Below, in pieces: positions 28,201 through 44,000 of a stretch of DNA of 64,000 nucleotides (positions within the stretch are counted from its first letter, which is position 1; every line of letters starts with the position of its first letter). Origin of the DNA: Lytechinus pictus (Eukaryota); assembly GCF_037042905.1 (NCBI RefSeq), contig NC_087252.1, forward strand, positions 24,926,001 through 24,990,000, read 5' to 3'. Under the pieces are notes generated by a model. It ran no database searches. It saw nothing but the letters and a program-made list of their open reading frames with translations, and had not been told where the DNA came from. A program made the position numbers and the translations under genes.

Positions 28201-31200
28201 GTTCATTGAAGTCAGTGTATTATTGCCCTGTTTCTGAATTTTTAGGAACCAGATGAATAATACATTGACTTCAGTGGGGCTAATTATTTATTCATGATTT
28301 GATATCGTGGGCCCAATGGACCGATTCCCACCATATTTTGGTAGTGGGGGTTTTTCATCATGCTCTACCAAAATATGGTATAAAAAACGCTGATATGCAA
28401 AAAGTGAAAATTGATGACGTCACACTTCGGTACTCTATACCTAAAAATACTTGGCTCCTAAAATCCAGGTAAGGCATGAACTACAAGCGTGGCCCATCTG
28501 ACTGGATTTGCCATGGATGCATATAGGAGCAAAAAGTCTAATTGGAATCTTGAGGTTAAAGGTCAAAGAGGTCATTATATGGCTTTTTCATAACTTGCTT
28601 TAGTAAGCCTTTATTGCCTTTCTCTTCTAGCTACCTCGAGGTGATCCCACCTAGTATAGATTTGTTCAAAGTATTCTTATAGGAGCAAGTAAAGATATTA
28701 GATTTAAGGGTCATGAGGTCAATAGTCAAAGGTCACAGAGGTCATTGTATGATGTCATGCCTGTCCCACTTCTTTTTCAACTACGTTCTCCAAATGTGAT
28801 CGAATTCATATTCACATAGGAATAAATAAGATGAGAATAGATTTAGCGGTCATGAGGTCAAAGGTCATTATATAGCTATACATGTATCTCACTTTTCTTT
28901 CAGCCACTCCAACTGGGATCCCACCTGGTTCATGACATTAGGTCAATGTATTCATATAGGAGTAAATAAGATAAAAACAAATCTGAGGGTCATATGAGGT
29001 CAAAGGTCACAAAGGTCATTTAGATTTATCCCACTTTTTTCTTTCTTTCACCGGGTATATTATATTCAGGGGCCGCTGAACGGTTTTCAAAGTGGGGGGC
29101 TGAGCCAAAAGTGGGGGGGCTGACCATGCAAAATATCACAATCATATGGTCATTTTTACGTCAGTGTATTCATATAAGAATAACTAAGATAAGAATATGG
29201 GTCATGAGGTCAAAGGTCACAAATGTCATTTTATAACTTTATCCCACTTTTCTTCTTTCAGCCACTCCAACTGTGATTCCACCTGGTACGTGTGAGCCAG
29301 GGCAGTTTGCTTGCTTTGACGGAACGTGCTACCCTGGGATATATGAGTGTGATGACATCGTTGACTGTGATCAAGGCGAAGATGAGGCAAGGTGTTACGC
29401 AACCGGAGGTAAGTTTTTTTTCCCCTATCAGATTTCGGGCAAGACTAATTTACCGTTAGGCCATAAAAAGCCAATCAGCGCTCACTATTTCGCACCAGTC
29501 TGCTTACGCGCCCTTTGTTATATTCTATTGATGTGTTCGCTTCCATTCATTTGTGCGTCATCCTCTGAAGAGTGCACAACGAAAAGCTTTAGTATGGCTC
29601 TTCTTCATGCTATTTTCAAATTTTGTTCTACCAAACGACTATATGTTTACAGTATTCTATCATTAATTCTGTTTTTTTTTTGTTTTTTTTTAAATTGACT
29701 TTTTCATTACGTGTTTCCCCTTTTTAAAAAATACCCCACCAGCTTATAACACAGGAACCCCATTGCCTTGCATGTTACATGTATGTCCATGGGAGCTCAA
29801 GTGGGGTATTTAATTACCACCCCACTTTCAGATTTTGGGAGAGTGTTCATTTCTCTCGTTTAAACTTGGGAGGGGTGGACTGACAGCTGATGAGAGCTGA
29901 TAACACACAGCAACCACAGGCAACAGGCGATGACCACAGCGGTGGAGTTGGATTGCAGCTGTCTATCTTACATGCTGATATCAGGGATAGGGGGGGGTGG
30001 TGGAATGGTTAGGAACTCGAAATCGGGGTTTTGTGGTTTAAACGAGAATTTTCCTCATGTTATTGTTAAAACAGAGCTGCCACCTATTTGAAAAAGTCAT
30101 AATTGTCAGGATTGTCCTGATACATATCATAAAAGTACACTACTCACAATGTAGCATTATTGGTAGGAAACCTGGGCCCCGTCTTACAAAGTGTTACGAT
30201 TGATCCAATCAATCTCAACTGTATGGAAATCCATCCTTACCATAATTTCTTTCTACATGAAATTTGCACAATCTCCTTTATAGTAAAACAATCACACTGA
30301 ATTTTAAACAGAATGATAAATGTATGCATGTACATCATATCTAGAAAATATTTTGAACAAACATACGTTTTAGATTTTGATGTTGCTGGCCGTCCATAGA
30401 TGTGGGTGATCGGATCAATCGCAACTCTTTGGCCAGATTTGAGTAGGTGTAGAATTGAGGTGATGCTATACAAAAGGTGCTGGTTGGTACGTGTATCAAC
30501 TGGCTTTAAAGTGATTGGTTAACATTGGTTTGACTTTAAAAGAATCTGAGCTAGAAGGTCACACTTGTCACCTGTGTCTGATATTTTACAAAAATGAAGC
30601 CCAGACAAAATTGCATTCGAAAATAATTATTTAGTGCTTCAAAAATTGAAATATAAAGTGACCGAAAACACCATCTTAATTTCATCCCATACACTTATGT
30701 GTACTATTTAGGCGTCTATAAGACGCCTATTTACAAAATCGGGGTTTGCCTTGTAGTTTTAGCTTTTCATTCTCAATAATGGTTGTTTTCAGGGTTTATT
30801 AGTTCTAATACATGCACTTGTACACATGTTTTATCTTGGTTTGAGAATTTTTTAAATCGGCTGCTCACAAAGTTAAACAATACCTTTAATTGTTTTTCTG
30901 TTCTCAGGTACCTGTCAGTCGCATCAATTCACATGTAACGATGGTTCTTGTATCCATGGCGACTGGAGGTGTGATGAATTCTTTGACTGTGCTGGCGGAG
31001 AAGATGAACAAGATTGTCGTAAGTTAGAGAAGTCAGTTCATCGTTTTCTAAAATGCCAATTCTGTGGCAGCATTTCATGAAAGGACTCGTCGGACGTTTT
31101 ATCTGACAAGTCCTCTTTTATCCAACAGTTACCATAGGAACACTGCTTCTCAGCCAATCAAAATCAATCAAACTTGTAAATTCTGACAACTTATTGGACC

Positions 31201-34200
31201 ACAAATGTTGATGAAGTGCTCGGTAGACCTCTAAACCCTTCAATATTTTGAGGAAAGAATATGATTTTTTACCAATTCTGAGCTGTTTCATTACAATTTA
31301 CCTATTTTTCTTGATTACTTTTGCTGCACAATCCTATGAAAAAAGCTAGTTTTTCTTATTTTTGGGTAAATTATCCCTATTTTCTAACAGCAGGGGTTGG
31401 GAGGTTTGCATTTTTTTGTGTTCTTCATTGTTGTAGACATCGTGTTCTGTGTTCTTAGGTAGCATGTACAAAACATGCGGGTAAAGCAGTTATAGATAAT
31501 GAATATCTGAAAAAAGGTAAGTTTCCATGCAGATAAAGCTTGGCAAACACATGCTAAACATTGGAAAGAGGTTTGATGATTGAATTGTTTTATTACTATT
31601 GTCACATTCTGTTTGTCTGTCCTGGATATTACATAAAAATAAAGATTTTTGTTTGTTTGTTCCTTCTAGCCTTCAGATGCTTCCCAGGCCAGTTTCAATG
31701 TGAGGTAACTGAAACGTGTATTCCGCAGGGATTCACTTGCGACTACTATCCCGACTGCGCTGACGGCGCGGATGAGAAAATTTGTGGTAGTGAGTAAATT
31801 TACCTGTTGACTACTGAATTATTTTATTCCCACAGGCTTTCTGTAATTTAAGTTAGCAACAGGATTCTATTTAGGATTTCAAGTTAGAATATTTATGTTG
31901 ATTAGGGATATGAAAAAGAAGTAATTCTGAGTTGGTTTGAGGTGGCTGGTCTGCGGGATTGGGGTGACCGAAGAAGACATGGAAGAAGCAAGTGGTGATG
32001 GAGGGTAGGAGGGTTGAGCTAGGAGATGGAGAATGCACTGAATAGAGTAACGTGGAGAGACAGGGCGAGGGTGATCTCTGTGAGTGCTAGCTGAATCCGG
32101 CCAACCCCATAATCGGGGACTAAATCAAATTTAAAACCTAGATGAATGACTTAGAAGACCAATTACTATTTTTTGGTTTTTGGTACTTACACATACCCTT
32201 CCCAGGCAACTTATTGTTGGTTTAGGGGTGATGGGTCATACATGGCTACCTGAACAGAAGCACACATGGCTACACAAACAAAGCATAAATAGTATCTCAT
32301 GTGACCCAGGCTATCAAATTCTCTTCTTTTTATTCCACTTTTATAGCATGTGGAGCAGGATTTTTCAATTGCAGTGACGGGGCCTGCATCCCAGACTACT
32401 ACGTTTGTGATGCATACAACGACTGTTTGACGGCGTTGGACGAGGATAGCTGTGGTACCATCGAAAACACTGGTAAGAATGTTGTATACGTAAATCTTTG
32501 CTTAAAAGTTGAATTAAAGTTCGAAATTGTGATAAACATGTATGTGGCAACAATTGAATATATATGTATTAAAAAGGGTGATAGATTTTAAGGAAACATG
32601 ACAAAAAAAAACACTACTGTGTTTTGTTTTTGGTTTATGGGCTATGATTATCATTAATAATAGTTTGGTTTCCCTGGGGAGCATTCCAACAAGAGTTCCA
32701 AGACTCGTTTGCTGGGCATACTACATACTTCTAAGGCTTGTGCATCCTACCGGGTACCCATTTAACACGTGGGTGGAGAATGGCAAAGTATGACATGAAA
32801 GAAAAGGATAAATTAGGACTTCCATTAGTATTGTGTGAAGAGATAGCTCTTGATTTCAATACTTTATGTTTGTTTTACAGAATATATCACTCTTGGCGTC
32901 GGAGAGGAGCAAACCATCCAATCACCTGGCTATCCCAATGCCTCTGCCCACGATGCGCATTGCTACCTCGAATGGATCGTCAACGTTCCCGACGGCTATG
33001 CCATTCACCTAGTCGTCAACGACTTCTCGATACCTCCCGCGGCCTGGCTTCAGATGGGTACCGGTGACGATGCCGACAACGACACCAGCCGCTATGCTGT
33101 TTACTATGCCAGCACCAACCCGAGGGAGATCGTCCTCCCTGATAGCACCGCCTGGATCTCGTACCACTGCGGAGCGATCGGGTTGGCGCGAGGTTTCTCT
33201 ATTACGATCAGACCCACAGATATAACTAGTAGGTGTCATTTCATTATTGTTAGGCAACTTGTCAAAAGTGTGTGCCTCGTCTTCTTTTGACAGGAATCCC
33301 ATTTTAATGCCGCTATGCGTCTTTTCATAGCGGCTTCCTGCATTCTCCACTGCTATCTCTATGAGGAAGTGTGAGGATTGGTAACGAAAAGCCGCTTGCA
33401 AGATTCCTGTCCGAAAGATACAATGCTGACTTTGACAAGGTGTCTCATTGTATGTTGCCATGCTTTTGTACAGTGCATATTACAAGGAAGGTTGTCCATA
33501 TTTTGAGGGTTCATGTTACAAAATTAATAAGCGAAATGCTTAGTCTTGTATTCAGATCACTTCTAAGCAATTTACTTTATCAAGCAAAATTCATGAAATA
33601 TATTTACTTGTTGCGATTGTGAATGTACACCTGTGCGCAACCTGGTTGACTGGGCGCATGTACATTTGTGAACTGCACACTAACCAGACTTCTGCCAGGT
33701 AGGGGGCGGACTTAGGCTTAAGCAAAACACCTAGCTAAAAGGGCAATGGAATAAGACTCCATCCTCAGTATACTTTCTAAAACTAGTTTGGTGGAAACCG
33801 GTTCAGAATACCATTTTGGAAGATTGCTTCACTGGCATTCCCATCTGATCACCCAAAAGTTGTTTTCAGTAACTTTTCACAGAAAGCGATCTTGTTGTCA
33901 TAGGAACGCTCTGAGTTTTGCATAAAATTTGAAACCCCAGCGTAGGTATTCTTCACACAACATCTGCAAAGAATGTTTCCTATCAAACTGTTGTGTCCTC
34001 ACCTATGCTTAAACTAGTTTAACAAGGTAGAGTGATCTTGAAAACTACATAGCAAGGTGGTTATTCTGAACCGATTTGGAAGATTGCTTCCATGCAAGAC
34101 CGCTTTGAGCGTTCATATTTCATGTTAATCTAACTTCCAGAAAAGTAGTTTTAGAACTGCAATGAGAACAGGGTCTGTGATGGATAAGTGAAAGCAGAAT

Positions 34201-37200
34201 ACTGAGTAAAATATGTAAAATTCTGGCTTAAGTCAGTATTGAATTTAATTCCAGCCCTGTTACTTGATTTGACTTATAGGCCCGTATTCTGAAGTCAGTT
34301 TTAACTTAGACCACGGTCTAACTCTGTGCTAGATTTATAGGGAGCCAAAAATTCAAAAATTATGTTTATATTTTAAATTTCTTATGTTTACTATTTTGTT
34401 TCCTTTTGCTTTCATCATGAAGAAAAATACTTCAGTTATCATTCCCAGACAATTATGAACAATTTGGGTGTCATAGGAGTTAATAAATTGAATGTGTACT
34501 GTTAGGGATTTGTGCTCCAATTGGCTATCCATAGTTAAACCACAACTTTAAACCAGGGTTTAATTTAGACCCGAGTTCAGAATACGGGCCATACACTGCA
34601 AAGCTGACAGTTGTAATTTGATTCTCTATATTTTCCAGCTCATAACTACACTGCCTGTGAGGCGGGTGAATTCCAGTGCAACGATGGCCACTGTATCCCG
34701 TCTCATTATCTCTGTGATGATTTCAAGGATTGTTCGCAAGAAGAGGATGAGAACCATCTCTTGGGTCGTGTAAACTGCTCATCGTTTAACCACTGTAAGT
34801 ACATGTGTGTATCATTGGTGATAAAATACAAATAATGCACAGTTAGACAAAGAATTATCTCGTATATGCAGAAGTAAATGCACCATGCATCAAAATCCTT
34901 GCCCAGGGCCCTGTTGCATAAAATTTATAATTATGGTAACTTTGCCATCCATTGGTAACTACCATGGTAACAATGCTCATCAGCCAATCAAAATCAAGGA
35001 TAGTACCTTTTGTGCAACAGGGCCCTGGTCTTTTCTTTGGAAGAAGGCATACTGTGGTTTACATGGCATCTCATTTTTACGCGTTATTGGGAAAATGATG
35101 CACCGGAAATGCAGAGTGCTGCACTGACACTACAGTAACTATACAGTGCTGCACCTAAATAGCACGGCTGGAAGGCTACATAGAATTAAATCGTGAACAT
35201 GTGACTTGCATACACATTTATTCTTGACTACATCCTTTAACTTGTTCTATAATAGATATTGATAATAGACAGTATGATAATAATAATAAAGTGATAATGC
35301 ATGTACATGTAGTAGCAGTGATGAAAATTGTGCCCTATGACGTCAATGCCATTACAGTGAGAATTTTATCATACATGTATATATGTGTATACATGAGACG
35401 GTCCCCAAGGTTAGCTATTGTCCCCTCTTTTCTTTTGCTTCTAGATGAGTGTGGAACCTTTGCTACAGAGTCACAGTATGAATGCCCATCAGGACTTTGT
35501 ATACATTCTGACTGGAGATGTGATGGCGATTTTGATTGTCCATCAGGCGCAGACGAAACAATGTGCGGTAAGTTCACGTTTTAGGACACAATTTAGGAGC
35601 AATGTCCAAAAGTTGCAAAGGTGGTTCATGATTTTGGAGAAATTTAGAGATTGAAGTCAATTGTACAAATGTATAATTTCCTATTTTCTGACATGAGTTA
35701 ATCCAAAAATGAATAATTCCTTATTTGCACCAAAGAAGTGTTAATGGGCTAGCGTCATTAGCGCTGTAGATGGTGTGTTTTCTTGATAGATGTACAAAGG
35801 GGTAGTGTCACATGGGGGGGGGGGGGGTGGTGGGAAGTGGGAGCAAGATGATGTAAAGTGACAACTATAGCTATTTCTTTTTTTCTCAGGTGGGTGAAAG
35901 GTTATATAATAAAGTGACTTCTTTCGTCTTTATACTCTTCTTCTTTTTCGTTTTCATTTTTTGCCCTCATAAACAATTCACAGTGTTATATCCACACCGT
36001 CCGGTGCTCAAGTAACACCCGACGGGGGCAATTCAACGTCATGCAAGGCACGGCCCCCACAGTATACAGATAGTGACATGGAATGAGTGCAAGGGTTCGG
36101 GATTTCGCATGAGGTGAAAGAAAGATGCTCTCTTCAATGAGGCGTTAGCAAAGTTGAATAGAGCATCTCTTTCTTTCACCGAATGCGAAATCTCGCACCA
36201 TTGCACGAATAAGAATATTCGCTATTTGTGTTGTACAATGCCGTAGAATCTAGCAAAATATGAACAAAACAAGAGTTTTCCCTGCAGTAATCTATGAAAA
36301 GGGAGCAAAATATTGAAAGCAAAAAGCAAAATCCCACAAGCGCACATGACTGACCTTGGGCAGCATTGCGCATTTAGCCAGCAGGCCAGTATGTGTATTG
36401 CACCTTCGTTTTTACTGAGCGCAATGAATTAAATCGTATTGTGATGTCACTTCCTAAAGCCATGCAACAGTACATTTTGGATGGTATGTCGTGTGTGCAG
36501 CGGTACAAATGTTTGACATTCAGCCTCCCATTTGCTCAGGTACAACAAGCTAAGTGGGCGTTGTACAAATGTGAAATGTTGTCTTGTTGCCTCATAGGAC
36601 CTTGTCAGGAGACGGAGTTTGAATGCCCCCACCAACAATGCATCTCGGGAAATTTTAGATGTAATTTCTTCCTAAATTGCCTGGATGGCTTTGACGATGA
36701 ACTCAACTGTGGAACACCGGATACTACAAGTAAGCTGACTTCTCAAAAGTTGTATTTGGCAGAATTTAAATAATAACTAAATTAGTATTATTGTTATTAG
36801 TATTATTATTATCATTATTGTTATTTTTATTATTATCAGTAGTAGTAGTAGTAGTGTTGTAGTAGTATTTTTTATTGTTATTAGTATTATTATCATTATT
36901 ATTATTATTACTATTACTATTGTTTTTGTTGTTTTTTTTTGTCGTTATTATTAATATTTTCATCATTGACATATTTTTTTTGCAATTTCTTGATTGTAGA
37001 ACCCTAGAGATGGAAGTAGGGTAATACATATGACAAGGTGTTAGTTTTATCATGTTATACTGTATAAATAATAAAAATTAACTGCTTTATATTTAAATAA
37101 CTCTTTTTTTCATGTTTCCTTTTCCATAAAATCACAAAATTACAAAACAAATTGAGGTGCAATTTGATCCTGTACAGTGTATCTGAATATGCAGATACAT

Positions 37201-37789
37201 TGTGGTTGTGTTTTAAAAAATATTTTTTAATAATTATATTTTCATTTGATAAGTCTTATCAGCTCTAAAACATGAAAGGGCTTTATAGTAAATGTGTGAG
37301 AGATTATTTACTTTGGCTTTTCCTTTTCCCTTTGCAGCTTACATCTACCTTAGACAGAACAGCACAAACATAACGTCTGTAAACTACCCCTATGACTACG
37401 AATCAAACGAGAATTACGAGATAATCGTCAGCGTTGATCCGGAGCGAGCGATCCGCGTGATCTTCTACGACATCAATCTCAGTATTGACACCTACTTGGC
37501 TTTTGGGCATGGTAACAACCCTGAGGACTTCGACAATCTTTTTGAGTCGTATTCTCATCAATCTACCGTGCCCGCCGAGTTCAATTCAATCACCAACGAG
37601 ATGTTTATCAAGTTTCACTCTGGGCGGTATGGAGGAATGGCCGGCTATTTGATAGGGTTAGAAGATGTAGACCCAACAGGTGAGAAATAGTAGTAGTAGT
37701 AGTAGTCGTAGTATTAGTAGTAGCTGTAGAAGTAGTAGTAGTAGTAGTAGGAGTGGTAGTTGTAGTAGTGTAGTAGTAGTGTAGTAGTA

Positions 37790-37859
<70 letters not shown>

Positions 37860-37917
37860 CAGTAGTAGCAGTAGTAGTAGTAGTAGTAGTAGCAGTAGTA
37901 GCAGTAGTAGCAGTAGT

Positions 37918-37957
<40 letters not shown>

Positions 37958-40876
37958 ATATTATTATTATTAGTAGTAGTAGTAGTAGTAGTACTAGTAG
38001 TATTTGTTGAATATGAGACTATGCTTTTCCATGTCTTATGTATTCTAATGAAATAAATATTTGTATATCTCTGTTTGGGCCTGGGTATGTAATAATAACA
38101 TTAATATCTGGTTACTTATAATGTGTTTTAGACATACATTATACATATCTAAGCACTTACAGAGTTATCATTACCCCAGTCATGGTATGCACATCCTCCA
38201 CTCCCTGGGGAGTATTCCAGCCTGTCACCATCATACTGGACATCCTATATTGATTTTTACATCCTACCGGGTACCCATTTTGTACCTGGGTGGAGAGTGG
38301 CTAAGTGTGGATTAATGCCTTCCCTTTTGCCTTTGAAAATAATTATATTTATATATATATATATGAATTATATTCTTTATCTCCCATTTTTACCCCTTCA
38401 TGCAGATACAACCTTTGCACCATGTGCTGAGGGTCGATTCCAATGTCCCGGTGACGGGGCGTGTATACCCCTCATTTGGGAATGTGATGGTGTAACTGAT
38501 TGCGGATTCGCCGGAGATGAAATCAACTGCCAAGTCCCAGAAGGTAGGTCCTGCTGAGCCCTGTAACACAATGGTTAGCGATTGATCGTAAGCTTGATTT
38601 TCACGATTGATACTACACTGTAGTCAATGCAATCAATCGTAGAAAAATGGACTACGATCATTGCTAAGCTTTGTGGTATGGGCCCCACGGGTCTGTTACA
38701 CAAAAAGTCGCCAGTGATCCAATCAACCACAACTATGGATGGCCAGCAACGTCAACATTTAAAATGCAAATTTGTTCAAAATATATTCTAGATATATCAT
38801 ACATGCATCGTTCTCTTGACGATTCAGTGTGATTCTCTTTGTCTACTAAGGAGGTTGTAGAAAAAATTATGGTATGGATGGATTGCCATACAGTTGATAT
38901 TGATTGGATCCAGGATTTTCCAAACCGCAGGGGGGGGGGGGGCATTTTCATGCAGAAAAAAAATTAACAACCCCAAACAGGTCTTCACTCCCAATTAAAT
39001 GGTGATTTATATAAAAACCAAAAAAAAGGTCCTCAATGGCATAAGCATTATATATTTCCCTATCAAATATTTGTTATGGCTCTCAATAGTGGGGGGGGGG
39101 GGCAGAAGCCAGATGTGCTATTACCCGGATCCGCCACTGTTGCAGCCCTAACCCTTCAACTTTGACAAAATAAAGCCTGGAGCACATATCGTGTCAGCTG
39201 TTTGTAATTTAGGAATAATTTCGGGCACAACTGGGACCCGTTGCATTATACTTTTGCCATAAAAAAACTCTGGCAAACAAAACTCTGTCATTGAAAATTA
39301 GGTCAGCATTTTTTTTTATGGTGGTTATTTTCAGGCGAACTCTGCCAGGAGCACCACTTCACCTGCAATAACTCGCAGTGCATCCGTGCCAGTTGGGAAT
39401 GTGACAACGTTGAAGACTGTTCTGATGGTAGTGACGAGGAAAACTGCCGTAAGTACCCTTTTCCATGCTTTCTGACCTAGAAGTTAAAGGGGAGCGAATT
39501 GTGAGTGGTCTGTCACTGACTGTGTGTAAATAGGTAGTCTGAAAATCTACTTTTCATATAACTATTAATAATTCAGAGAATAACTTAGCCCATGATATAC
39601 AAGAGAGTTTTCGCATTCACTATAGGGCAGCTCTGTACAATCCACTGATTCCTTTGAAAATGCAAGTAAAATCACAATGGAGAGCTGAGAGGCTTTTGTC
39701 GAAAGTTGGATGACTGGGACAGCAGATCATCTGAAGATTTGCACTGGAGGAACAATTGCAAATATGCCGTTGTCCAGAGTCAAAAGACAACACTGCTATC
39801 CCAGTCCACCAACTTTCGACAAAAGCCTCTCAGCTCTCTATTGTGATATGACTTGCATTTTCAAAGGAATTGATGCGTTGTAGAGAGCGGCGTCGTAGTA
39901 AATGCGAAAACTCTCTATTATTTGTATGGAGAAACCAAAATTTTCTCTGCAGGAAAAGTACCCTGTTTATAGCTACTTGGTAACACTCTTCTTGTAGTAT
40001 GAATGTAATGAGTACTGATTTAGTGTGTTACCTGTCAAGTGGGTTTATATGACAAGACTATACTGTTGAGAATGATGCATTGTGGGTGAGGAGCCTGGCC
40101 AGATATGAGTAGCTGAGGACTTGAGGTGGCTCCTTGTTCGTATTTGCGTTAATTGGCACTTGGTTTAGACCCGCTTTGTCTACTTTCCATTTGGTCTAAT
40201 GCCATTCCGTCTATCAACATTTTGTCTTAACAACCATTTGGTCCAATAACCATTTGGTCCAATCATCACTTCGTCTAATCACCATTTTGTCTATGACCAT
40301 TTCGTCTCGTAACCAGTTGGTCTAATATCCATTTCATTTTCATTTATTTTGCACAATTTAACACTTAGTCCAATTAGACCAAATGGTGTATATGGACTAA
40401 ATGGCTATTGGACCAACCAGAATTATTAGACGGAATGGCATTAGACTAAATGAAAGTGGACCATGTGGTAAGTGGACAAACTGATGGTATACCAAATGAT
40501 AATAGACGAGTTGGCAATTGGACGAATGGGCATTAGACGAATTGGAAATAAACCCATCCCACATAGTCCAATCCCGCACTTGTATATCTTTTGACGAGTT
40601 TAGATATTGGTAACAATCGTCTTGTCATTTTCCCTGTTCTTTCATTCTCTTGTAGCTTTCTTGGGGTGTGGCGATTCTCCGTTTCTGTTTGAATGTTCTG
40701 CCAGCCAACAATGCATCCTTGGCTTTCGAACATGTAACCACGTGGCAGACTGTGACTTGGGTGAAGATGAGGCTGGTTGTGGTAAGTATATTCATGGAGA
40801 GTGATGATGGTGATGATGATGATGATGGTGATGATGATGGTGATGATGATGATGATGGTGATGATGATGGTGATGG

Positions 40877-40910
<34 letters not shown>

Positions 40911-41026
40911 AATGATGGTGGTCATGATGATGATGATGGTGGTCATGATGATGATGATGGTGATGATGGTGATGATGATGATGATGATGATGGTGATGGT
41001 GGTGATGATGATGATGATGATGGTGG

Positions 41027-41089
<63 letters not shown>

Positions 41090-44000
41090 ATTTGGCCCAT
41101 TTCCAAGAAACAAAATGAGAATTTTTAAAATCAGAACAAAGAACAACGATCACTTTAAATACCTGTACGTCTTTCCGATGTGTTAAGCGCAATTTAAAAG
41201 CGGGTATGATTATTTGTTTTATTACTGAACATTATTGCATAATAATGTTGCATATTATTATACCCCCGCCAAACAAAGTTTAAAGGGGGTATTTACTGTA
41301 CATGTAGGAATCAGTGGGCGGCCGGGCGGTCGGTTAGTTGCAAAATTTGCGCATCAAACTACTTCCTCAGTTTATAAACAATACTCATGAAACTTGAAAA
41401 ACATATTGGTGTAAAGGTAAAAATGTGCAAGACATATATTTTGCATGTGTAGGAAATTGTGTTGCCATGGTGGTAACTAACAATATTATATTATGGGAAA
41501 AATATGGTAAAAATCTTGCAGTTCAAAGTACTTCCTCAGTTTTCAACAAATTGTCATGAAATTTGGTACACACATCGATCTTGAGATAAAGATGTGCAAG
41601 ACATATATTTTATTTGTGTGAGAAATCATGTTGCCATGGTAATGACAGATAATATAGTGAAAATCGGGTGAAAATCTTGCGGTTTTAATTACTTCTATCA
41701 GTTTTCAACCGATTCTCATGAAATTTGGCTCACACATTGGTCTTGAAAAACATGTTGGTGTAAAGGTAAAAATGTGCAGAACATACTTTTCCATATGTCA
41801 GAAATTGTGTTGCCATGGTAACAACATAGTATATGTCAAAAATTAGGCCAAAATCTTGTGGTTTGAACTATTTCATAAGTTTTTAACCAATTCTTGTGGT
41901 AATTAGCTCACACATAGGTCTTTGGGTAAAGATGAGCAAGACTTTTTTTTTTACTATGTGTTGGAAAATGTTGCCTTGGTAATGGCGTAAGGTGGGGGTA
42001 TTTATCACCTTCAGTGATAGTTCTAGTTATATCTTACTTGATATTTGACCAGGTGACTGTCAAGATGGGTTCTTTACGTGTTCCAATGGAGGCTGTGTTC
42101 CAGAGTACTGGCGCTGCGACGGGGATAACGATTGCTTTGATGGTGGCGATGAGAGGAACTGTGGTGTCATCGGAACTATCGGTATGTGAATAATATGATA
42201 AATGCATAGAGAAAAGCAATGGAAATTAGACATCAACTTAGATAGCTCAATAGCTCTACTGAAATCCATCAAAAGCTTTAGTCAAATCGTTTTGTTTTCC
42301 CGCCAAAATTGAAATTCAACAATCTTTTAGGATTAAAATTCTTGCTTGAAACAAGCACTTGAAAGCAAGGCATGTCAAATTTCAACTAGAGTGGAAGGAA
42401 ATTCTAAGAATTCACCCCCCCCCCCCCGGAAAAAATAAAATCATATAGCACAAGAACATTTCTAGTCATATGATCTATTAGAGTGTATTGTCTGTCATAG
42501 ACGTTGACATCCTTTATAAAATGTCCCCCAGGTTGTAATTTGTAAGTATGATTGTATTTTCAGAGAACATCGTTCTAACTCAGGGCGAGACACAGCAAGT
42601 CAGCTCACCAGGCTTTCCGATGCGCTACGAATCCCTCTGCTACGTCGGTTGGCAAGTCACCGTTCCGGTCGATCGTTACGTGCGCTTTGAGTTCGTGGGC
42701 TTCGATCTGGCTCTGGCATCGTATGTCACCGTGGGAACGGGCCTTAACCACAGTGACCATGACACGATCATAGCTGAATTTCATCACAGCCACGAGCCGA
42801 GGCAATATGTCGTCCAAAGCAACGAGGCCTGGCTTGAATTCCACTGCGGACCGTTCGGAGGTGGAGACGGGTTCCAAATTATTATATCGGCCGTTGATCC
42901 AGACAGTGAGTGTTGCACGAAACTTATTTGCAATTGATCGCCAGTATTGATTGCAAATTTACGATTGATAGATCATTTTTAGTGTGGCCTATTCATACTT
43001 TTACATTGCAAGAAGAGCAGCTTCTCCCATATACATGTACAGTGTATCATGAAGTAAAAAAATCAATGAAATGTCATTTTAAAAAAATATAGAATATCAT
43101 TTTTATTGTGCCTTCAGTCTATCAACACACAAATCATTCAACATCCATTCCTGAAAAAACAAGAATTTTTCATGAACCATTGAAAAATTGACATTTATGC
43201 AGTTTATATTACATAGCAAGTAGGGCAGCTGCTCCTAGCTGACACCATATATCAAAAGTATAAATTCTAATAATTTTCTCAATATTTGATGGATTTTCCT
43301 CAAACCTTCAGCAGTATTTTTTTTTATTTGGTATTTTTACACAAAATTTTTGTCGGGGTGAACTTCCCCCTTAATAAAATCTTTCATTTTTGTGCCTTAT
43401 TTCTCCAACAGCTTACATCCATCCAACTTGCCCTAGCAATGAGTTTCAGTGTTCTGACGGGAATTGCATCGAGACCTTTGATCTTTGTAACGGAGTAAAG
43501 GATTGTTTGGGAGGAGAGGACGAAGATCAAGACTGCGATAATTTTGATCATTGTAAGTACATGCTTTATGCCCCTACACCAAAAAAAATGAATGAATGAA
43601 TGATTAAAATGACTTTTCTATGAGTACATAGATAAATGAATAAATGAATGAATAAATAAGTAAATAAGTAAATAAATAAATAAATAAATAAATGAATGAA
43701 TGAATGAGTGAGTGAGTGAGTGAGTGAGTGAGTGAGTGAGTGAGTGAGTGGGTGGGTGGGTGGGTGGGTGAGTGAGTGAGTGAGTGAGTGAGTGAGTGAG
43801 TGAGTGAGTGAGTGAATGAATGAATGAATGAATGAATGAATGAATGAATGAATGAATGAATGAATAAAATAAATAAATAAGTAAATAAATAATGAAAATG
43901 AATAAATACAAATTAGTTGAATATCTTTATTTATAGTATATATTTTTATAATAAAGAAAAATTAAAGAAAAAATAATAATTTAAGAAGAAGCAAGAGAAA

